Source of the DNA: Octopus bimaculoides | Taxonomy: Eukaryota | Assembly: GCF_001194135.2 (NCBI RefSeq) | Contig: NC_068994.1 | Span: 26,903,020-26,936,398, forward strand | Length of the DNA: 33,379 bases | Direction: 5' to 3' | In this document: piece by piece, positions 1 to 9,426 of the stretch | Layout: each line of letters starts with the position of its first letter | How positions within the stretch are numbered: the first letter of the stretch is position 1 | Notes under the pieces: model-generated | Told to the model about the DNA's origin: nothing | The model's database searches: none | Seen by the model: only the letters and a program-made list of their open reading frames with translations | Translations under genes and position numbers: made by a program

Positions 1-151
1 CATTAGTCAGGTGAACGGGTTAAAGAATTTTAATACACCAAGACAGCTCAGTGGCATATATTTTGGATACACTTGTATCATGATTTCAAGTTCTGATGAA
101 AAGCCTTAACTTTCGTCAGCAAGTTTTACCAAGTGAAAAGATTTTAACACA

Positions 152-200
152 CATATATATATATATATATATATATGCATATATATATATATATATATAT
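152..200. repeat. (TA)n microsatellite
   Basis: Near-pure TA run. Confidence 0.95.
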
Positions 201-349
201 TAGACTATTTTCTATAGTCAATACATGGTGAAAGCTTATAATTATATTTACAAATTTTCACTTCTCTTAATTTACACAGAATACACATGTTTACACACTT
301 ACTGCTATGAAATCATGGTTCCTAAATTTAATGGGGAAAATAAGTGGAT

Positions 350-415
350 ATGTTGGAGTAAGCGGTTAGCGCACTTACTGTGAAAATAAAAAGTATGGGT
401 TCGATTCCCACATAT
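350..415 (+). mobile_element. Degenerate tRNA-derived (SINE-head-like) sequence
   Basis: A-box-like TGGAGTAAGCGG and B-box GTTCGATTCCC at tRNA spacing; no acceptor stem can be built. Confidence 0.45.
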
Positions 416-1224
416 GTTGATGCACATTTTTGTCTGTGAATGGTGGAGTTGGGAGGTTATATGCCTCACTATAAGACTATTTTCTGTAGTCAATATTCAG
501 TGAAAGCTTATCATTTAAGTTTATAATTATATTTACAAAATTTTCTTAATCTATATATTAAAAAATCACACACATACACTTGTATACAGGTATCAGTTAA
601 GTTTATATATATGTTTCTTGTTTTGGTTCTTTTTTTATTGTTTATTGTTTTATTCTGTCAGTTGAACAGATAAGAAGCTGTATGTTTGTCTGATTTATTA
701 TAGTTTATATTTTATTGGATTTCATTCATGGTGTTACCACTTTTGTCAATCTATGTTTGTTCAATTATGTATGTACTGTATGTCTTCCGAAGTGCTAATC
801 TACATACATACTCATATTATACATATATACATAATATGCATATACTTATGCATTCACACACAACCATGCTCACAGCTGTACTCTGCAGTATGGTAGCAGT
901 AACAACAAAAACAGTAGCAATAGTTTTTGTAACAACAACTATAGTAACAACAAGCACTTCAGTCACAACAGCAAATCATTATAATTACTTTTAAGATGCT
1001 TCTTACAGTGGTTAATTATCAACAAAAACACTGCATGACAAAAATATGAATGTACCGAAACACACAACCTATATGGAACCCCCAATTACACAAAAGAATT
1101 AAAACTTAACATCAATTAAAACCTGGCATCAAACAACTAAACAAAGAAATAATAAAACTGACATATGAGTAAACCACAGAAACAATTGGTAACATTTGTA
1201 TGCAACATAAACCACAACACTTGA

Positions 1225-1445
1225 AGAATATTGGTTTCAAGTTTTGACACAAGGCCAGCAAGTTTGAGGGAGGGAGTAAGTTGATTACATCGACCCCAGT
1301 GCTGAACAGGTACTTATTTTGTTGACCCCAAAAGGACAAAAGGTAAAGTTGACCTCAGTGGAATTTGAACATAGAGTGTAAAGATGGACAAAATGCAATG
1401 AAGCATTTTCCCCACCATGATAAAGGTTCTGCCAGCTTGCCACCT
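1225..1445 (-). mobile_element. tRNA-derived SINE with Deu/Nin-type central domain
   Basis: Minus strand reads GGCAAGCTGGCAGAACC...GTTCAAATTCCACTGAGGTCAACTTTACCTTTTGTCCTTTTGGGGTCAACAAAATAAGTACC: a tRNA head followed by a GAGGTCGACTTTGCCTTTCATCC...AAGTACC-like domain. Confidence 0.7.
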
Positions 1446-1559
1446 ATTTAAAACAAATATTATGCTGAGCAATAAGTCGTATCAACAACAACAGTTGCAC
1501 TACAGCTTATGCTACAATAGCAACTTCTACTAATATACACTCCCTATGCTAGAAAATCA

Positions 1560-2325
1560 TCCCTCAAAAGTCAGGGACGAGAACAAACTAGATAGGTATT
1601 ATACAGGAAGCACGAAGAACTTTAAGGCTAGATATAGAGCGCATATGAATTCGTTTTCAATTGAAAAATACCGTAACTCTACCACACTCGCCTCTTATTT
1701 ACATGACCTCAAGAAGAAGAATATAAAGTACTCTCTTGAATGGTCTATAATATCGAGGGCCCCCTACTTTTAGGCAAATATTAGTAAATACTCTTTATGT
1801 ATTAGGGAATCCCTTGTGATACTCAGGTCTTTTGGACCAAAAACCTTAAATAAGTTCACCGAGGTAATCCCCTTCTGCAACCATAAATTTTCCTCCACCT
1901 TCTTGAAATTGTATAGAAATAAAAATAAATTTAAAAGCAATAGATAATAACAAGTGTAATAGTTTGTTTAGGGTGATTTGAAACCTCGAAGATTGGTATT
2001 GATACTGCAGCCTGTTTGACTATTCTAAAATAGCACTTTTTTTATTTTTTAAATCTTTCCATTATTTGCATGGGCTTGTCTAAGGCTGGTCCATATTGAG
2101 TATATATATTTGCTCTTTTATAAAAATTACTTTTCGCTTTATGCATGTCGTGACATTTGTATGTAAATTTACCCTGACGAGGGGGTCGTCACCAGTTTGC
2201 ACTCTATTGTGTTTAGAATACAGTAGTGTACCTCCGAAATGGCCATAGTTGTTGTAGGTAGTTTTCATGAAATTGATTTTACTGATTGATACCTTCTGGG
2301 TGCTGTAATTGTATTTTGACCCATG
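1560..2325 (+). mobile_element. Penelope-like element 3' fragment (GIY-YIG endonuclease remnant plus terminal repeat), Naiad-like
   Basis: YYTGSTKNFKARYRAHMNSF...TTLASYLHDLKKK...WSIISRAPYF*...SLCIRE...LNKFTEVIPFCNH fits a PLE GIY-YIG C-terminus. One stop codon; followed on the same strand by a hammerhead-containing non-coding region. Confidence 0.8.
2162..2269 (+). ncRNA. Type I hammerhead ribozyme fold with extended stem II
   Basis: CTGACGA 2174-2180; stem II GGGGGT/ACCTCC; GAAA 2236-2239; wobble-rich stem III; GTA 2254-2256; stem I TTACC(2169-2173)/GGTAG(2257-2261). Confidence 0.7.
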
Positions 2326-3239
2326 NNNNNNNNNNNNNNNNNNNNNNNNNNNNNNNNNNNNNNNNNNNNNNNNNNNNNNNNNNNNNNNNNNNNNNNNNNN
2401 NNNNNNNNNNNNNNNNNNNNNNNNNAGACAAGGTATGAATATTTTAGACAGGGAAAATTTACAGTTTATAAGGAATAAAATATAAGAATAAAGTAGTAAA
2501 TAGAATAATAAAGAGTAAAGGTAGCTGATGATGATGATGATGAATACTGGCAGGAGAATAATGTTCACAACTCATCTTTTTCCAGAGAATATGGATGTTG
2601 GTAAGTACCTCCATGAAGGTACACGGCTTTAGTTATAATCCTAGGTAAATCCAGGCAGTATTTTGAATGATGTGTTCATATTGTAAATGTGTATATAGAG
2701 CGAGAAAGTAAGATAAACACAAATAGGTTTTTTGAATGAATGTATATAGGAGAGAGAGGAGAAAGGAATAAAAATAAGATAGGGGTAAAAAGGTTAAAAA
2801 TAAGAATAATATAAAAATAAAATAAAAGTAAATGTAATGATAGAGATATCATAAATGGGTTTTGTGAGAGAGAGAGAGAGAAGAGAAAGGAGTAAAAATA
2901 AAAAGTAAAGGTAATGATAGAGATATGTCAGTATTGCCTTGTGAGGGGGAGGGTATAAGAGGTCAAACATAAAGTTTCAGTAAAGTTGTGGTGGAAGTTC
3001 AATTTAAGTAAGGTTGCAAAGGACAATAGTATGGTGGTTAGTTCGGATATTTAAAATTATATTTCAAGTTCAATAGTAATTAAATGATATGGGTGGGATA
3101 AAGGATTAAGATTTAACTTTAGACTTTAGAATTAAAACTTAATTCTAGTAACTACATATTCTAAACGACTTTTAAATCCACTCAAAAAGCTCCCAGTATA
3201 TTATTTAATAACACGTTCAATTCTTCTGTTCTTCTCCCT

Positions 3240-3425
3240 CCTCCTTTTCCTCCTCATCATCCTCTTCATTATTGCCATCACCATCATTGCTATCATCACT
3301 ATTGCTATGATTACAGTCACCAATATCATTAAATTTCCATCACTATCATCATCATCATCATCATCAGAACCACCACCCTTACTGCTATCCCTACCTGCGC
3401 TCTCACCATCACCACCACCACAAAC
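3240..3425. repeat. Degenerate (CAT/CAC/CTC)n low-complexity tract
   Basis: Trinucleotide periodicity; explains ORF 3201-3479. Confidence 0.85.
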
Positions 3426-4014
3426 ACCACTATTAATATCAATAGGTTTCTTAATCTGATGTTGACATTTTGTTATCATGCTGGTTTGTCACTCCAAAAT
3501 GGTAATAAACAAGGTAATGTGCAACAGTGCAGATGAGTGCAGCAGTGCAGATGACAGTGTAAATGCAGCAGTAATATATTTTTGTGCTTTTTAATTTACT
3601 GTCTAGTCTCTTTGATCTGTAGCATCACAACAGCAGTACATTGAATAGTTTATCTTCTACTATGGCCTTCTCTGTAGTACTCTATTGTTCAGAATTAACT
3701 CACTGTGTACATTATGTTTCTATTCAAATAGTTGTGGACACCAGCAGAGCAAGATGGTTGTTGTGACAGGGTGTAATATCATGTTGAACTTATGTCTCTT
3801 GTCTATTGATAAGCATACAAATTTTTAGTCTGTTTCTATACATAATATGACCTCAATCTGACAATTTTCATTTCGGAGTTAGTTAATATTAGATTTGAAA
3901 ACAAATTAGTAATCAGATTATTTCAGGAGACTGCAAGAACAGAAGTAGAAGAAAGGTTACTTAGCAACTCTTGTGGGTTTCTGGTGTTCACCGAGAACAC
4001 CCATTGTTTATGCA

Positions 4015-4168
4015 GGGCATAGTTGTGTGGCAATGTGGTAAGATGTTTGCTTCCCAACAACATGATTCTAGGTTGTCCCATTGTGTGACACTTTGGTCGA
4101 GAGTCTTCTATTATGGCCCCAGTCCAACAAAAGTTTTGTGAGTAGATTTGGTAGGTGGAAACTGAAAG
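4015..4168 (+). mobile_element. CORE-type tRNA SINE, 5' half
   Basis: Aligns by eye to 33023-33183: TGTGGTAAG...GTGACAC(C)TTGG...GATTTGGTAG..GGAAACTGAAAGAAGCC, then (TA)n. Confidence 0.8.
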
Positions 4169-4194
4169 AAGCCCATTGTATATATATATATATG

Positions 4195-4365
4195 GGAGAA
4201 TATACAAAAAATAACAACAGACGAGGACAGGTGGTGTAAATAACAAAAGTATATATTAGTATGACGCTCGGGAATACGGAAAGTCTTTGACGTTTCGAGC
4301 TACGCTCTTCAACAGAAAGAATACGGAGACAAGGAGAAAAACACGGAGAAAAAAAATTGGGAATA
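4195..4365 (-). mobile_element. Solo PLE-type terminal repeat (pseudo-LTR-like) carrying a hammerhead
   Basis: GC-richer ~170-bp island between TA runs; contains TGAAGAGC..GCTCGAAACGTC on the minus strand. Confidence 0.5.
4284..4320 (-). ncRNA. Minimal type I hammerhead ribozyme fold (core variant CUGUUGA)
   Basis: Minus: TCTTT-CTGTTGA-A-GAGC(GTA)GCTC-GAAAC-GTC-AAAGA; perfect 5-bp stem I, 4-bp stem II, loopless palindromic stem III, GUC site. Confidence 0.65.
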
Positions 4366-4394
4366 TATATATATATATATATATATATCTTATA

Positions 4395-4564
4395 TCCTTT
4401 ACTTGTTTCAGTCATTAGACTGCAGCCATGCTGAGACACTACCTTGAATAATTTTTAGTCAAATGAATTGACCTCAGTACTTATTTTTTTAAAGCCTGAT
4501 ACTTATTTTATTGGTGTCTTTTGCCGAACTGTTAAGTTATGTGGACATAAACACACCAAAACCT
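4395..4564 (-). mobile_element. SINE 3' half (family of 14742-15145)
   Basis: Reverse complement of ...GTTTATGTCC..ATAACTTA..AGTTCGGCAAAAGA...AATAAGTA...CATGGCTGCAGTCTAATGACTGAAACAAGTAAA; runs into a gap. Confidence 0.8.
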
Positions 4565-4686
4565 NNNNNNNNNNNNNNNNNNNNNNNNNNNNNNNNNNNN
4601 NNNNNNNNNNNNNNNNNNNNNNNNNNNNNNNNNNNNNNNNNNNNNNNNNNNNNNNNNNNNNNNNNNNNNNNNNNNNNNNNNNNNNN

Positions 4687-4719
<33 letters not shown>

Positions 4720-4734
4720 ACGCGTGCATGCATG

Positions 4735-4945
4735 TGTGTGTCCACCACCATCACTTGACAACCAGTACTGGTGTGTTTATGTCCCCATAACTTAGCAGTT
4801 CAGCAAAAGAGACTAATAGAATAAGTACTAGGCTTAAAAGAAATAAGCCCTGCGGTCAATTTACTTGACTAAAAAACACTTCAAGGTAATGCCTTAACAT
4901 GGCCACATTCAAATGAATGAAACAAGTAAAAGATAAAAGATAATA
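4735..4945 (+). mobile_element. SINE 3' half
   Basis: CACTTGACAACC...GTGTTTATGTCCCCATAACTTAGCAGTTCAGCAAAAGAGAC...AATAAGTACTAGG...GAAACAAGTAAAAGATAAAAGA. Confidence 0.8.
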
Positions 4946-5697
4946 AGGCCAGGGGTGATAAGTCAAGAACTTAAGTGACAGATGAAGGTTTTTATTCAAT
5001 AAGCTGACCTAGGAAGAATGACAGACAGATACAGCAATGGGAATCAAAATAGGTAGATAAGTAGAGAGGTGGCAGTGTTGTAGGTGTAAAAAGAATGAAG
5101 GTATCACATTAAAGACCTAGGAGTGTTTGGTTAAACAGGCCATAAATATTTAAGTGACTATCTCACCCTCTTTGCTGAACCATTTCCCATTGGCTTTTCT
5201 TCATCTCCATACATCTCTCACTCTTCCCACACATTACATCTGTCTCTCCCTTCAGTCTCTTGCAACATCCCCATCCACATGTCATCTCCATTGTTCTTGC
5301 AATCTTTATGCACTCACTTTTCCTATTCTTCAGTCCCCAGTCCTATTTACCAGTATGTCACATAAAGGGCCAACCTGAAACTTCATAACTACTATCTTCT
5401 TCTCTCCAGATTCTCCTCTACTTCTAAAAACCTGTTCTCACTCCTTCTAGCATTTTATCCTCTCATCATTTAACATAAAACTGTCCCCCTCTCTACTGTA
5501 GTCTCACTCGTTCAAAAGAAATCTTAATAATACAAAGCTACATGGTGACCCTATTCGTACTGGTGCCACAAAAAATGCAACTGTTACACTCTGTGGAGTG
5601 GTTGGCAAAACCTTGCCAGATACTGTAGGACAATGCATTCCTCTGATCTGTTGAATCTTGTTGAAGTGACTATGGTGACTTTGGTGATGATGGTATA

Positions 5698-5703
5698 CAC
5701 ACA

Positions 5704-5754
<51 letters not shown>

Positions 5755-5899
5755 GCATGCACGCATGTGTGTGAGGGTGTGTGTGTATGTATGTGTGCTT
5801 GTTTGTGTGTATGCCTGTCTGTCTCTGTATATATGTTTGTATGCATGTATATTTGTATGTATGTATGTTTGCATGTATGTATGTATATCTGTGTGCATA

Positions 5900-5938
<39 letters not shown>

Positions 5939-5940
5939 AT
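5698..5940. repeat. Compound (CA)n/(TG)n/(TATG)n microsatellite
   Basis: Direct inspection; generates ORFs 5504-6145. Confidence 0.95.
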
Positions 5941-6226
5941 GAATGTTGCTGTATGGAAGGGTGAAATTGTAATCTTTATGGAAAACATCTTCAATTTTCA
6001 ATTTTTTGCTTTTAAAATCTGTTCTAATGCTGTAAAGTACACTTCATGTCAATTGTTGAATTCATTTATGTTCTGCAAAAATTCAGTGACCCTTTACAGA
6101 GTTTGTACTAAAGATTACTCCCAGTATTTAAATCTTTCAAGATAATCCATTTGTGTTCAATATTTGAGTATTATCAGAATATCAAAATTAATCAAATATG
6201 ACAGCCATTCCATGCACATAGGCAAG

Positions 6227-6228
<2 letters not shown>

Positions 6229-6301
<73 letters not shown>

Positions 6302-6325
6302 ATACACACACACACACACACACAC

Positions 6326-6392
<67 letters not shown>
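6229..6392. repeat. Compound (TC)(TATC)(CA)(TA) microsatellite
   Basis: Direct inspection. Confidence 0.95.
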
Positions 6393-6394
<2 letters not shown>

Positions 6395-6661
6395 AATTGT
6401 GCTTGATGATGTTTGTGTGTATTTGTGTATGCGTGGGTATCACATACTCTGACAGAATACTTAGCTTTAAAAAATGTTCTCAATCTTAAGCTGTTTCGTT
6501 TTGACATAATCCACTAAGCATTCAATATAACAAAATTTTCAAAAACTAAACTGTAATCAAATATAATATCACCATTCTACAACCTCTGCCTTTGTTCTGA
6601 AATATTATATAACAATGCTATGTTAGATGGCAGGAATATAGTATATTTACATCTCTTATAC

Positions 6662-7060
6662 TTTATTTTTTACTTGTTTCACTCGTTGGACTGCAGCTGT
6701 GCTGGGACACTGCTTTGAAAGGTTTAGTCAAACAGATCGACCCCAATGCTTATTTTTCTTTTTAAAGTTTGAAAATAATTATGTAGGTTTCCTTAGTTGA
6801 ACCTCTAATTTACATGGAAGTAAACACTGCAATGGTGATTGTCAAGCAGTGTAAGTGGGTGACACACATTCACACAAACACACACGTACAGACACACACA
6901 CACACACACACACACACATGCACACACAATCCACTCACAAGTCATTGATCATCCCAGAGCTTTAGTAGAAAGCATTTGCCCAAGGTGTTATGCAGTTGGA
7001 TTGAACCCAAAACTGCATGGTTACAAATTGAGTTCCTTAACCATATGGCCATGCCTATGC
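6662..7060 (-). mobile_element. Near full-length CORE-type SINE (diverged)
   Basis: Head (minus: GGCATGGCCATATGGTTAAG...GGTTCAATCC...ACACCTTGGGCAA), internal (TG)n and 3' half ending GAAACAAGTAAAAAATAAA are all present. Confidence 0.75.
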
Positions 7061-7104
7061 CAATATATACTGATATAATATATTACTATAATATATTATT
7101 ATTA

Positions 7105-7255
7105 CCATATGGTTGTGGGATAAGACATTTTCTTCCTAATGAAATGGTTTTGAGTATTCAGTCCCACTGTATGGCACCTTGGGCAAATTTCTGCTCAGGC
7201 TAGCCAGAGCCTTGTAAGTGGATTTGGTAGATGGAAGCAAGAGAAGCCTGTAGTA
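7105..7255 (+). mobile_element. CORE-type SINE 5' half
   Basis: TTCAGTCCCACTGTATGGCACCTTGGGCAA...GCCTTGTAAGTGGATTTGGTAGATGGAAGC. Confidence 0.75.
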
Positions 7256-7273
7256 AAAACATACATGCATACA

Positions 7274-7309
<36 letters not shown>

Positions 7310-7351
7310 CATATAGTACACATGCAAATACGCATACATATGCATACACAC

Positions 7352-7387
<36 letters not shown>

Positions 7388-7392
<5 letters not shown>

Positions 7393-8178
7393 AAATCTCT
7401 GAACGAGGTATTAACAGTAACTGCACGATAAAGTGAAGTATATTTGCCACTTAAATGTGGCTGACCCCAATGGGTGGATGTTACTGTTGCTTTTAGCCCC
7501 AGGAGGNNNNNNNNNNNNNNNNNNNNNNNNNNNNNNNNNNNNNNNNNNNNNNNNNNNNNNNNNNNNNNNNNNNNNNNNNNNNNNNNNNNNNNNNNNNNNN
7601 NNNNNNNNNNNNNNNNNNNNNNNNNNNNNNNNNNNNNNNNNNNNNNNNNNNNNNNNNNNNNNNNNNNNNNNNNNNNNNNNNNNNNNNNNNNNNNNNNNNN
7701 NNNNNNNNNNNNNNNNNNNNNNNNNNNNNNNNNNNNNNNNNNNNNNNNNNNNNNNNNNNNNNNNNNNNNNNNNNNNNNNNNNNNNNNNNNNNNNNNNNNN
7801 NNNNNNNNNNNNNNNNNNNNNNNCGATACGTACGTACTCGAGTTTCAGGGTTATTTCCCTTCTTCAGCGTACGACAATCGCCGACCTTCGATGCAAAAGA
7901 CATCCCTTGGCAAATATATATAACTTTTTCCAGTGAAATTATTCACTGATATCAAAAAAGTGAAAACAAGCAATGTTAAATCTCTGAACAAGGTATTAAC
8001 TCGAGTACGTACGTATCGTAGATCAAGATGGGAAAGATAACTTCCCTTGGCAAATACAGACAGGACACAGATGTGTGTCGATAGTCAGCTGGAGGAGATG
8101 TCTTCCCGGGCTAAAAGCAACAGTAACATCCACCCCTCGGGGTCAGCCACATTTAAGTGGCAAATATACTTCACTTTA
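7388..8178. mobile_element. Hammerhead-bearing non-coding repeat: ~350-nt unit in partial tandem plus inverted arm (retrozyme-like or PLE pseudo-LTR)
   Basis: 28-bp direct repeat 7388-7415/7973-8000 (1 mismatch); inverted arms 7429-7506/8101-8178 (~90%) and 7824-7844/7998-8018 (21/21); flanked by (TA)n on both sides. Confidence 0.65.
7824..7880 (-). ncRNA. Type I hammerhead ribozyme, apparently intact
   Basis: Minus: CGAT-TGT-CGTACG-CTGAAGA-AGGG(AAATAA)CCCT-GAAA-C(TCGA)G-TA-CGTACG-T-ATCG. All invariant core bases present; GUA site at 7837-7835. Confidence 0.85.
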
Positions 8179-9075
8179 TATATATATAGATATATATATA
8201 TGAATAAAATGAAAATAAGTAACAAGATATCAAGTAGTAAAGCTGTATGACTGTTTCATGTGGCTCCATTTAATTGAACAATGCAATCATTATATCAATT
8301 TAAGTATAGCGCTATCTTCAGCTGCACAAATATGGATTTTCGACAGACAAGATAGATTAATATAATTTTTCTTAAATATTTTAACAGAGCAAGAGGATGG
8401 AAGAATTTCATGTTGTCATTATTGTAGTAAGAATAGCTAAGAGAACAAAACTACAATATTTATAGAGTGGAATGGAACACAGTGGGGGTCACAGAATTGT
8501 AATTCATTTCCAATCTCTCTCATCAACAAAAATCTAAGACTAGAAAACTGTGTATATTTAGAATAAAGAGGAAAGTGAGTTGACAGCTCATAGCTGGCTG
8601 GTGATGATAAGAACAAAAAAAACAAAACTTTAGAAAGAGTCAATTAAATGTCTGTAAAAGAGGTAGGGTAGGGGTGACATTAATTCATGATGTTGTTACC
8701 AGTTGAAGGGGCAAACACAATGAAAACTTTGGATGCTACAATGAGATCCAGGAGAACATTAGAGGCTCAGTGGGAGACCGTTTATAAACAATATTATTCT
8801 GTTGTATCAAAATAAAAATAAAATTTTAAAAAGGGATATCATAACCAAGTTAGCTAAAAGGAATTTATAGATCAATTAAAACATTAAAAAGAAGATTACT
8901 ATTATGTAGAATCAACTTAATACCCCATCTTTACTTCATTAATTATTAGGTGGTCACTATAATGACCACTCAAACCATTTACATATGGAATTTATCTAGA
9001 AAGGTATACATACTATCTATTGATTGAAAGTAAGGAATTAGAAGCAGGATAATAAGATAAATGATGATATATAAA

Positions 9076-9245
9076 CATCTACTACATATGTGGAAATCTG
9101 TGGGTGTGTTTGTTTGTGGCGTTGTTAGCTAACTCCTCCTACATCATTTTATCAATTTTGATGAAACTTGACACTTGAGTAGAACTCATGTCTGGAAAAC
9201 TAGTGACATACTTAGATTGTTAAAAAAACGATAACAGGGCCCCTG
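9076..9245 (+). mobile_element. Possible 5' end of a non-autonomous Helitron-like element
   Basis: A^TCTACTACATATG...GTGTTTGTTTGT...AACTCCTCC...ATCAATTTTGATGAAACTTG resembles starts of invertebrate non-autonomous Helitron-like repeats; recall only. Confidence 0.3.
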
Positions 9246-9426
9246 GAAGGGATTCTTATATTACATATAATGCATCACATAACATAATACATAGCATATA
9301 ATATATGTAATGTAATACATTATACTATATAATATAATATCCTATATTAGAGGGTAAGTTATAAAGGATACAACATCTAAAGTTAATTTCCACCACCAAA
9401 TCCCAAGTATAATAAATCAACTATTA

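Noticed and set aside
91-121. CTGATGAAAAG..CTTTCGTCAG hairpin with CTGANGA on both strands
   Set aside because: No correctly placed GAAA. It could be a deleted HHR relic, but stem II and stem I are too weak to support.
4395-4945. Inverted SINE pair around a gap as a foldback element
   Set aside because: Two diverged copies of a very abundant SINE; adjacency is expected by chance.
5345-5390. AAGGGCCAACCTGAAACTTC as a possible hammerhead relic
   Set aside because: The CTGANGA box is absent; too degenerate to call.
7429-8178. MITE interpretation (78-bp TIRs with TA flanks)
   Set aside because: The inverted arms extend inward to the hammerhead, and a direct repeat lies outside the left arm; a tandem-plus-inversion retroelement fits better.
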